Shown here in pieces: positions 16,862 to 24,665 of a DNA stretch of 50,864 bases. The position numbers and the translations under genes were made by a program. Numbering within the stretch: the first letter of the stretch is position 1; each line of letters starts with the position of its first letter. The notes beneath the pieces were generated by a model. It worked only from the letters and a program-made list of their open reading frames with translations, did not search any database and had not been told where the DNA came from. The DNA is from Gammaproteobacteria bacterium (GTDB lineage Bacteria; Pseudomonadota; Gammaproteobacteria; Steroidobacterales; Steroidobacteraceae): assembly GCA_030039615.1 (NCBI GenBank), contig JASHVF010000383.1, positions 1 through 50,864 of the forward strand. The letters run 5' to 3'.

Positions 16862-18168
16862 AGCTGCCCACCGTACCGGAGATCGCGCGCAACACGCGCC
16901 ACGCGCTGCTCTCGACCCAGCACTGGCGCGCACGGCTGGTCCTCTGGGGCGCCGCCACCGCGATCGGCGCGGCGGCCGTCGCCTTCGCCTGGCTGGCCGA
17001 CAATGCGCAGGCATTGCTGCGCCGGATACTCGCAACCGGAGCGTGGTGGCCCTGGCTGCTGGCGCCGGCGGGCTTCTGTCTGCTTGCCTGGCTGACGCGC
17101 CGCTACTTCAGGGGCGCCGAGGGCAGCGGCATCCCACAGACGATCTTCGCGCAGCAGACCGACGCGGACGAGCCGGTGCGGCTGCTGATGAGACCGCGCG
17201 TGGCCGTGGGGCGCATATTGCTGGCCGCCGCCGGGCTCTTGTGCGGCGGATCGATTGGCCGCGAGGGACCGACCGTGCACGTCGGGGCGGTGATCGCCTA
17301 CGCCTGCGGCCGCTGGATGCCCCACGGGCGCAGCAGCGCGCAGCGCCGGGTGCTGATCCTGGCCGGCGGCGCCGCCGGCGTGGCCGCGGCGTTCAACACG
17401 CCGCTCGCCGGGGTCGTGTTTGCGATCGAGGAGCTGTCGCGGTCCTTCGAGGAGCGCGCCAGCGGCGCCGCGCTGACCGCGGTCATTCTCGCCGGCGTGA
17501 TCTCCATCGGCCTGGTGGGCGATTACACCTACTTCGGTCACCCGGTGGTGGCGCAGATTCCGAGCGCGCTCGCGCCGGGCGTGCTCGCGGTCGCGATCGC
17601 GACCGGACTGCTCGGCGGCCTCTACAGCCGTCTCACCCTGGCCGCGCTCGCGGGGCTTCCGGGGATCCTCGGCAGATTTCAGAAAGAGCGGCCGGTGGCG
17701 TTCGCGGGAGCCTGTGGGGTGCTGGTCGCGGCGGTGGCTACCGCCTGCGGGGGGCTCACCTACGGAACGGGCTACGCCGAGGCGAGGTCGATCCTCACCG
17801 GCGGCGTGCACCTGCCGTGGTACTACGGGCCGGCGCGCGCGCTCGCGACGCTCGGCACCTACCTGAGCGGAATTCCCGCGGGACTGCTGGCGCCCTCGCT
17901 CTCGGTCGGCGCCGGGCTCGGGCAGCTGGCCGCCGATGCCGGGCAGCACTCTTCTCTGGCGGTGCCGTCGGCGATCATCGGGATGTGCGGCTACCTGGCC
18001 GGCGTCACCCAGGCGCCGCTCACCTCGTTCGTCATCGTCATGGAGATGACCATGCAGCACGCCATGCTGCTGCCGCTCATGATCACCGCCGCGCTCGCGA
18101 CCGCGGTCTCCAAGCTCATCTCGCCGCCCCTCTACCAGACGCTCGCGCGGCGTTACGCCCCGCAATGA
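16858..18168 (+). CDS. ClC-family voltage-gated chloride channel / H+-Cl- antiporter
   Basis: ATGA overlap with the hutD stop. Selectivity motifs 'GSGIPQ', 'GREGPTVHVG' and 'GIPAGLLAPSLSVGAGLG'. About 10 or more TM helices. Confidence 0.9.
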   Translation: MKLPTVPEIARNTRHALLSTQHWRARLVLWGAATAIGAAAVAFAWLADNAQALLRRILATGAWWPWLLAPAGFCLLAWLTRRYFRGAEGSGIPQTIFAQQTDADEPVRLLMRPRVAVGRILLAAAGLLCGGSIGREGPTVHVGAVIAYACGRWMPHGRSSAQRRVLILAGGAAGVAAAFNTPLAGVVFAIEELSRSFEERASGAALTAVILAGVISIGLVGDYTYFGHPVVAQIPSALAPGVLAVAIATGLLGGLYSRLTLAALAGLPGILGRFQKERPVAFAGACGVLVAAVATACGGLTYGTGYAEARSILTGGVHLPWYYGPARALATLGTYLSGIPAGLLAPSLSVGAGLGQLAADAGQHSSLAVPSAIIGMCGYLAGVTQAPLTSFVIVMEMTMQHAMLLPLMITAALATAVSKLISPPLYQTLARRYAPQ

Positions 18169-18263
18169 CGCTTCCGCGCTAGCGGCCGTCCCATTTGGAT
18201 CAGAGCCTCGTGCACGGCGCTGTCACCCTGCGCGCCGGTCCTTCGACCGCCGGAGCCGTCATC

Positions 18264-19133
18264 GTGCTGTTCGCGACCGAACATCCCCTGGTGCTCACCG
18301 CCAGCTGCCCGAGCCGCATGGGCACCACCGCCGCCATCACCGGCTTTCTCGCCGCGCGGCGTTTCTATCTCATGGAGATGCACCAGTTCGACGACACCAT
18401 CTCGCAGCGCTTCTTCGTGCGCATCACGTTCTGCGGCGTGCAGGGCGAACGGCCGGATCTCGGGCGGCTGCGCGCCGAGTTCGCCGCGGTCGCCGAGGCC
18501 GAGCAGATGGAGTGGCGCATCCACGACAGCGCCGAGCGCGTGCGCGTGCTCATCATGGTGTCGAACTTCGACCACTGCCTCGAGGATCTGCTCTACCGTC
18601 ACCGCACCGGCGAGCTGAAGATGGACATCACGGCGGTCGTGTCGAATCACGTGACGCTGCAGCCGACCGCCGCGCGGCACAACCTGCCGTTCTTTCACCT
18701 GCCGGTGACGCCCGACACCAAGCCGCAGCAGGAGCGGCGGCTGCTGGAACTCGTCGAGTCGACCCGCACCGAGCTCGTGGTGCTGGCGCGCTACATGCAG
18801 ATCCTGTCGGATGAGCTGTGCAGGCAACTGCGCGGACGCGCCATCAACATTCACCACTCGTTCCTGCCCGGCTTCAAGGGCGCCAAGCCCTATCACCAGG
18901 CCTACGATCGCGGCGTCAAGGTGATCGGCGCCACCGCCCATTACGTCACGCACGACCTCGATGAAGGGCCGATCATCGAGCAGATCGTCGAGCGGGTGGA
19001 TCACGGCTACACGCCCGACATGCTGGTGGCGGCGGGGCGCGACTCGGAGCGGCGCGCGCTGTCAGCGGCGGTGCGCTATGCGATCGAGCATCGCGTGTTC
19101 CTGAACGGCGCCCGCACCGTGGTCTTCAAGTAA
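18264..19133 (+). CDS. purU: Formyltetrahydrofolate deformylase
   Basis: N-terminal ACT domain 'LVLTASCPSRMGTTAAITGFL', then 'ELVVLARYMQILS', 'INIHHSFLPGFKGAKPYHQA' and 'GATAHYVTHDLDEGPIIEQ'. GTG 18264 (GGAG Shine-Dalgarno, 289 aa) is preferred over TTG 18195 (312 aa). Confidence 0.9.
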   Translation: MLFATEHPLVLTASCPSRMGTTAAITGFLAARRFYLMEMHQFDDTISQRFFVRITFCGVQGERPDLGRLRAEFAAVAEAEQMEWRIHDSAERVRVLIMVSNFDHCLEDLLYRHRTGELKMDITAVVSNHVTLQPTAARHNLPFFHLPVTPDTKPQQERRLLELVESTRTELVVLARYMQILSDELCRQLRGRAINIHHSFLPGFKGAKPYHQAYDRGVKVIGATAHYVTHDLDEGPIIEQIVERVDHGYTPDMLVAAGRDSERRALSAAVRYAIEHRVFLNGARTVVFK

Positions 19134-20034
19134 CGCCGGGCTCGGGCTTGAGGCGCAGCCCGCTCACGTCGGGCGCCACCAGGGGCGGTGCGGGACTGCC
19201 GTGCACCGGGCCAAAGTGCCGCCCGGCATTCCAGTCGCGGGTCGCGGCCACCATCTCCTCGCGGGTACGCGCGACGAAATTCCACCAGATGAGGATCTCC
19301 TCGGCGAAGGGCGTGCCGCCGACCACGAGCACGCGCGCCGCCGCCTCGGTGCGCACGCTGAGCGCCTCGCGCCCCGGGCCGAAGTAGAGCAGCGTGCCGG
19401 GGGCGAGCGCCTCGCCGGCGACGCGCGCGCTTCCCGCGAGAGTGATCAGCCCGTGCTCGAACGCGGGCTCGAGCGGCAGCTCGAGCGAGGCCCGCCCGGC
19501 GGCGGTCAGATCGAGGCCGACGAGCGGCGTGTAGACCTCGGCGGGGGAGGTCTCACCGAAGGCGCTGCCCGCCAGCACGCGTACGCTGAAGCCGCCCGTC
19601 TCGATGAGCGGCAGGCGCGGGTAGTTGCGGAAGGCGGGCGCGCGGCGCCGCTCGCTCTCGGGCAATGCGATCCACAGCTGCGCCGCGTGCAGCCTGCCGC
19701 CTGGGCCCGGCGCCGAGTCCTCGGCGTGCGCGATGCCGTTGCCCGCGGTCATCAGGTTGACCTGGCCCGGCGTGATCAGCTGCTCGTTGCCGAGGCTGTC
19801 GCGGTGCACGACCTCGCCCTCGATCATCCAGGTGAAGGTCTGCAGCCCGATGTGCGGGTGGGGTCCGACGTGCATGCCGCCGCCCGCATCGAAAACCATG
19901 GGACCCGCATGGTCGAGGAAGCACCACGCGCCGACCGTGCGCCGGTGGCGGTTGGGAAGCGCACGGCGGATGGTGATTCCGCCGCCGATCTCGGCGCTGC
20001 GGGCCTCGAGGCGCTCGATCGGTGGCTGGCTCAT
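19126..20034 (-). CDS. Pirin family protein
   Basis: Trimmed to 'MSQPPIERL'. Cupin metal site 'GPHPHIGLQTFTWMIEGEVVHRDSLG'. Its 3' end overlaps the purU 3' end by 8 nt. Confidence 0.9.
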   Translation of the reverse strand: MSQPPIERLEARSAEIGGGITIRRALPNRHRRTVGAWCFLDHAGPMVFDAGGGMHVGPHPHIGLQTFTWMIEGEVVHRDSLGNEQLITPGQVNLMTAGNGIAHAEDSAPGPGGRLHAAQLWIALPESERRRAPAFRNYPRLPLIETGGFSVRVLAGSAFGETSPAEVYTPLVGLDLTAAGRASLELPLEPAFEHGLITLAGSARVAGEALAPGTLLYFGPGREALSVRTEAAARVLVVGGTPFAEEILIWWNFVARTREEMVAATRDWNAGRHFGPVHGSPAPPLVAPDVSGLRLKPEPGVT

Positions 20035-20098
20035 ATGGGGTCGAGGAGGATCGGCAGGCGGATGGGGGAGCTCAGGATGCGGTGGATCGGGCATTTGC

Positions 20099-20689
20099 TC
20101 ACTCAGGTGTGCTCGCGGTCCTGGTCAGCGCCTCGATACGCGTGTCGGGCACCAGCCAGATCAGTGCGACGGTGACGTAGAGCGCGATGGCCACCCACGG
20201 CCGCACGAATGCCAACACCACGGCGGCGAGGTAGAGCGCGATCGAAAGCTTGCCCTTCAGGTCCTTGCCGGTGGCGAGTGCGAGGCGCGAGGCGCGGCCG
20301 TTGGCGGCGATGATCTGCGCCTGCAGTACCGTATAGCTGATGGCGGCGCACGCCAGCACCACGCCGTAAGCGGCTACCGGGGCCGGCACGAATCCCGCTT
20401 CGTCGATCCAGCGGATGACGAACGGCACCAGCGACAGCCAGAACAGCAGCGCCAGGTTCGCCCACAGCACCCGCCCGTTCACCTTCTCCGTGACGTGCAG
20501 CATGTGGTGATGGTTGTTCCAGAAAATGCCGACGTTCACGTAGCTCAGTACGTAGGCCAGCAGCACCGGGACGTCCGCCTGCAGCGCGGCGAGATCCGCG
20601 CCCCTCGGCACGCGGATCTCCAGCACCATGATGGTGATGATGATGGCGACCACGCCATCGGTAAACGCCTCGAGGCGGGCGGTGTTCAT
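20099..20689 (-). CDS. TMEM175-family (DUF1211) potassium channel homologue
   Basis: 196 aa, six predicted TM helices. The TM1 signature 'RLEAFTDGVVAIIITIMVLE' corresponds to the RxxxFSD motif of TMEM175 proteins. Confidence 0.8.
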   Translation of the reverse strand: MNTARLEAFTDGVVAIIITIMVLEIRVPRGADLAALQADVPVLLAYVLSYVNVGIFWNNHHHMLHVTEKVNGRVLWANLALLFWLSLVPFVIRWIDEAGFVPAPVAAYGVVLACAAISYTVLQAQIIAANGRASRLALATGKDLKGKLSIALYLAAVVLAFVRPWVAIALYVTVALIWLVPDTRIEALTRTASTPE

Positions 20690-20733
20690 GGCGCCATGTT
20701 AACCCGGCGCGATGTTAAGCTGCCCGGGGGACC

Positions 20734-22416
20734 ATGAACAGCAGTCGTCTATTCATCGAGGCCCGGGACCAGCTGCTGCATTTCCGGGAGGACCTCGAGC
20801 AGGCGTGGCGCGAGTTCCGCTGGCCGCAGCTCGGCGAATTCAACTGGGCGCGCGACTACTTCGACGTGATCGCGGCCGGCAACGCGGCGCCGGCGCTGCG
20901 GGTCGTCGACGACGCCGGCGGCGATGAGACGCTGAGCTTCGAACGGCTCGCGCGCCGCTCGGCGCAGGTGGCCGGCTTCCTCAGGTCCGAGGGGCTGGCC
21001 GCGGGCGACCGCATTCTCATCATGCTGCCGAACTGCGTCGCCCTCTGGGAGACCATGCTGGCGTCCATCCGCCTGGGGGCGGTGGTGATCCCGGCGAGCA
21101 CGCTCCTCGAGCGCGATGATCTGCGCGACCGTCTCGAGCGCGGCCAGGTGAAGGCCGTCGTCACGCTCTCGGCACTCACCCCCCGCTTTGCCTCGCTCCC
21201 CGGGGCGCCGCTGCGGATCGCGGTGGGCGAAGCCGTGCCCGGCTGGCATTCCTACCGGCGCAGCCACGAGGCCGAGGCAGTCTTCACCACCGCCGCGACC
21301 CGCGCCGGGGATCTGTTACTCCTCTACTTCACCTCCGGTACGACCGCGAGACCGAAGCTCGTCGCGCACACTCAGGCCAGCTACCCGGTCGGGCATCTCT
21401 CGACCATGTACTGGCTCGGGCTGCGCCCCGGCGACGTGCACCTGAACCTGAGCTCGCCCGGCTGGGCAAAGCACGCCTGGTCGAGCGTGTTCGCGCCCTG
21501 GAACGCACAGGCGACCGTGCTCGCCTATCACTACGAGCGCTTCGATGCGCGCGCGCTGCTCGCGCAGCTGGTGCGCTGCCGTGTGAGCACGTTCTGCGCG
21601 CCACCGACCGTGTGGCGGATGCTGATCCAGCAGGACCTGCGCGCCTTCGCGGTCTCGTTGCGCGAGGCGGTGAGCGCCGGCGAGCCGCTCAACCCGGAGG
21701 TGATCGAGCAGGTGCGCGCCGCCTGGGGCATCACCATTCGCGACGGCTTCGGTCAGACCGAGACCACCGCGGTGGTCGGCAATCCGCCGGGGCAGCCGCT
21801 CAAGCCCGGGTCGATGGGCCGGCCGCTGCCGGGCTACCCGGTGGTGCTCATCGACACGCACGGGCGCCGTGCGGCGGAGGGCGAGCTCTGCATCGACCTG
21901 GCGCAACGCCCGCTCGGACTCATGCAGGCCTATCTCGACGACCCCGAGCGCAACGCGGCCGCCATGGCCGGTGGCTACTATCACACCGGCGATGTGGCCT
22001 CGTGCGATGCCGACGGCTACCTCACCTACGTCGGCCGCATGGACGATGTGTTCAAGGCCTCCGACTACCGCATCAGCCCCTTCGAGCTCGAGAGCGTGCT
22101 GATCGAGCATCCGGCGGTGGCCGAGGCGGCCGTGGTGCCGAGCCCGGATGCGCTGCGTCTCTCGGTGCCGAAGGCCTTCATCGTGCTGGCCGCGGCGGCT
22201 GCGCCCGATGCCGCGACGGCGCGCTCGATCTTCGAGCACGTGCGCGCGCGCTGCTCGCCCTACAAGCGCATCCGGCGGCTCGAGTTCGCGGCTCTGCCGA
22301 AGACCATCTCCGGCAAGATACGCCGCGTCGAGCTGCGCAAGCTCGAGGAGGCGCGCGCCCCCGATGGCGCGCGCCGGGCCCAGGAATTCTGGGAGGAAGA
22401 CCTCAAGGGCGCCTGA
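20734..22416 (+). CDS. AMP-binding acyl-CoA synthetase (medium-chain/ACSM-like)
   Basis: 560 aa. Adenylation motifs 'LLYFTSGTTARPKLV', 'GFGQTE', 'YHTGD' and 'PKTISGKIRR'. The N-terminal 'FRWPQLGEFNWARDYFD' is typical of ACSM-like ligases. Confidence 0.9.
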   Translation: MNSSRLFIEARDQLLHFREDLEQAWREFRWPQLGEFNWARDYFDVIAAGNAAPALRVVDDAGGDETLSFERLARRSAQVAGFLRSEGLAAGDRILIMLPNCVALWETMLASIRLGAVVIPASTLLERDDLRDRLERGQVKAVVTLSALTPRFASLPGAPLRIAVGEAVPGWHSYRRSHEAEAVFTTAATRAGDLLLLYFTSGTTARPKLVAHTQASYPVGHLSTMYWLGLRPGDVHLNLSSPGWAKHAWSSVFAPWNAQATVLAYHYERFDARALLAQLVRCRVSTFCAPPTVWRMLIQQDLRAFAVSLREAVSAGEPLNPEVIEQVRAAWGITIRDGFGQTETTAVVGNPPGQPLKPGSMGRPLPGYPVVLIDTHGRRAAEGELCIDLAQRPLGLMQAYLDDPERNAAAMAGGYYHTGDVASCDADGYLTYVGRMDDVFKASDYRISPFELESVLIEHPAVAEAAVVPSPDALRLSVPKAFIVLAAAAAPDAATARSIFEHVRARCSPYKRIRRLEFAALPKTISGKIRRVELRKLEEARAPDGARRAQEFWEEDLKGA

Positions 22417-22442
22417 TCCGCGGCGCGGTTTATGATGTAACC

Positions 22443-22982
22443 ATGCTCGATCCCGCCATCGGCACTTTGCTGCTCGGGTGCTGCGCGCTGCTGTTTGCCA
22501 GCGCGGCGCTGCACAAGGCGCGCGCGCCGGCGCGCTTCAGCGCGGTGCTGCGCGCCTATCGCGTGCTGCCGGAGCGGGCGGTGCGGCTCGCGCCCCTCGT
22601 GCCGCTCTGCGAGCTCGGCGTCGCACTCGGCCTGCTGGTGCCGGCTGCGCGCGCGGCCAGCGCGCTCGCGGGCGCTGCGCTGCTCATCGCCTACGCCGCA
22701 GCGATTGGCTTGAATCTGGCAAGGGGACGGCGCGATCTCGCCTGCGGCTGCGGCGGGCCGGACGAGACACGCCCGATCGCCCCCTGGATGCTCGGCCGCA
22801 ACCTGCTGCTCGCCGCGCTGCTCGCCGCGACGCTCATCCCGTGGCAGAGCCGGTCGCTCATCGCCACCGACCTGCTGACCATCGGGGCGGGGATGGCCGT
22901 GGCGGCACTCTTATATGTGTCCCTCGACCGGCTGCTGGCGCACGTGGCCCCGCGGACCACGGCGCTCGGGAGCCGGCGGTGA
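22443..22982 (+). CDS. mauE: MauE/DoxX-family membrane protein
   Basis: Trimmed from track ORF 21612..22982. About 179 aa with 4-5 TM helices. 'LLFASAALHKARAPARFSAVLRAYRVLPE' and 'LACGCGG' match the MauE pattern. TATGAT lies 6 nt upstream of the ATG and there is no Shine-Dalgarno. Confidence 0.75.
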   Translation: MLDPAIGTLLLGCCALLFASAALHKARAPARFSAVLRAYRVLPERAVRLAPLVPLCELGVALGLLVPAARAASALAGAALLIAYAAAIGLNLARGRRDLACGCGGPDETRPIAPWMLGRNLLLAALLAATLIPWQSRSLIATDLLTIGAGMAVAALLYVSLDRLLAHVAPRTTALGSRR

Positions 22983-23572
22983 CGGCGCTCGCGATCTCCA
23001 ACGTCGTGCTCTGGGTGCTGGTGCTGGCGCTGTCCGCGGTGGTGCTGGCGCTGACGCGCCAGCTCGGCGTACTGCACGAGCGCATCGCGCCCGCCGGTGC
23101 CCTCATGCTGAATCGCGGCCTCACGGTCGGCGAGCCGGCGCCGGCGCTCGAGGTCGCCGCCCTCGACGGCCGGCCGCTCAAGCTCGGCGCGGCGCGCACC
23201 GACGGGCGCAGCACCTTGCTGCTCTTCGTCTCGCCCACCTGCCCGGTGTGCAAGACGCTGCTGCCCGCGATCAAGTCGAGCGGCCGCGACGAGCGCGCCT
23301 GGATGGACGTGGTGCTGGCGAGCGACGGCGACCTCGACGCGCAGCGCGAATTCGTCAGCGCTCAGGGGCTCGAGGGCATACCCTACGTGGTGTCGGCCGC
23401 GCTCGGCCTTGCCTACCAGGTGAGCCGCCTGCCGTTCGCGGCGCTGCTCGATGAGCGCGGCGTGCTGAGAGCCCGCGGGCTGGTCAACTCGCGCGAGCAT
23501 CTCGAGAGCCTGTTCGAGGCAAAGCGCCTCGGTGTCGCCTCGCTGCAGGAATACTTTTCCGGCGCGGGCTGA
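22979..23572 (+). CDS. mauD: MauD-like thioredoxin-fold protein (membrane-anchored, CxxC)
   Basis: GTGA overlap with the mauE stop. N-terminal TM anchor 'ISNVVLWVLVLALSAVVLAL'. Redox motif 'SPTCPVCK' (23240..23251). TlpA/redoxin-like fold. Confidence 0.75.
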   Translation: MTALAISNVVLWVLVLALSAVVLALTRQLGVLHERIAPAGALMLNRGLTVGEPAPALEVAALDGRPLKLGAARTDGRSTLLLFVSPTCPVCKTLLPAIKSSGRDERAWMDVVLASDGDLDAQREFVSAQGLEGIPYVVSAALGLAYQVSRLPFAALLDERGVLRARGLVNSREHLESLFEAKRLGVASLQEYFSGAG

Positions 23573-23584
23573 AGGGGAGGTCGG

Positions 23585-24217
23585 ATGAATCCGGCGTCGA
23601 TGGATGCGGCCGTGTGGGCCGTGATCGAGGAATACGAGGCACGCGCTGCGCGCGAGGAGCAGCTGTGGGACACGCTCGGCGCCGAGGAGTGGGAGCGCCG
23701 CATCGACGAGATGCTGCTGCCCGTGGGGCGCGCGACCGGGACGCTGCTCAACCTCCTCGCCAAGGAGGCCGGCGCGCGCCGCATACTCGAGGTCGGCAGC
23801 TCCTTCGGCTACTCGACCGTGTGGCTGGCCGAGGCGGCGCGCGCGGTCGGCGGCAAGGTGATCTCGCTCGAGCTGCGCGCGGCGAAGACCGCGTACGCGA
23901 CCGAGCGGCTCGCGCGCGCCGGCCTCGCCGACTTCGTCGAGTTTCGCGTCGGCGATGCGCTCGAGAGTCTCGCGCAGCTGCCCGGACCCTTCGAGCTGGC
24001 GCTGATCGATCTGTGGAAGAACCTCTATGTGCCGGTCTTCGAGCTGCTGCATCCGAAGCTCGCCCCGGGCGCCCTCGTGATCGCCGACAACATGATCGAG
24101 CCCGCGAGCGCCCGCCCGCACGCGCAGGCTTATCGCCACGCGGTGCACGTGGCGCGCGACATGAGCTCGGTGCTGCTGCCGGTCGGCAACGGCATCGAGC
24201 TCAGCCGCTACCAGTGA
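23585..24217 (+). CDS. Class I SAM-dependent O-methyltransferase (family 3, caffeoyl-CoA OMT-like)
   Basis: 210 aa. SAM motif I 'ILEVGSSFGYST'. 'ELALIDLWKNLY' and 'LVIADNM' correspond to the cation-dependent OMT signature 'FDFVFIDADK...GLIVVDNV'. Confidence 0.8.
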   Translation: MNPASMDAAVWAVIEEYEARAAREEQLWDTLGAEEWERRIDEMLLPVGRATGTLLNLLAKEAGARRILEVGSSFGYSTVWLAEAARAVGGKVISLELRAAKTAYATERLARAGLADFVEFRVGDALESLAQLPGPFELALIDLWKNLYVPVFELLHPKLAPGALVIADNMIEPASARPHAQAYRHAVHVARDMSSVLLPVGNGIELSRYQ

Positions 24218-24257
24218 GGCGTAAGCTGCCGGCGCGGCTCGTCAGGAGGATGGAGTC

Positions 24258-24665
24258 ATGCTCGGCCCCGTTGCCCACATCGCGCTGATCGTGCGCGATC
24301 CGGCCCGCACCGCGGGCTTTCTGCGCGAGCTGTTCGATGCGCCGGTGCTGCGGCGCACCGACGCCGACGGCCACGACGAGACCTTCGTGCGGCTCGGAGT
24401 CACCTGGTTCGCCCTCGTCGGCGCGGACGTCACCCGCGAGCGCACCGGCGACCACGTCGCCTTCCGGGTGGCGCGCGCGACCATCGCCACGATCGCCGCC
24501 AAGCTGAAAGCTCGCGGCTGCGAGTTCATTCTGTCTGAGTCGGGGTCGTCGCTGTACTTCTTCGACTTCGACAATCATGTCTTCGAGCTCGATAGCTCGG
24601 GTCAGGAGCAGGAGCTCGAGCGGCTGGCCGCCGCCGCGGGGCCTGGCGGCGCGGCGTTCATCTAG
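24258..24665 (+). CDS. VOC (glyoxalase/bleomycin/fosfomycin-resistance) family protein, FosX-like
   Basis: 135 aa. 'VAHIALIVRD' (His7), 'GDHVAFRV' and 'SLYFFDFDNHVFEL' are colinear with the FosX sequence as I remember it ('LSHITLIVKD...YNHIAFQI...SIYFYDFDNHLFEL'). Confidence 0.7.
   Translation: MLGPVAHIALIVRDPARTAGFLRELFDAPVLRRTDADGHDETFVRLGVTWFALVGADVTRERTGDHVAFRVARATIATIAAKLKARGCEFILSESGSSLYFFDFDNHVFELDSSGQEQELERLAAAAGPGGAAFI

Noticed and set aside
22443-23572. A methylamine dehydrogenase (mau) operon.
   Set aside because: Only mauE- and mauD-like genes are present. No mauA, mauB, mauG, mauC or amicyanin genes flank them.
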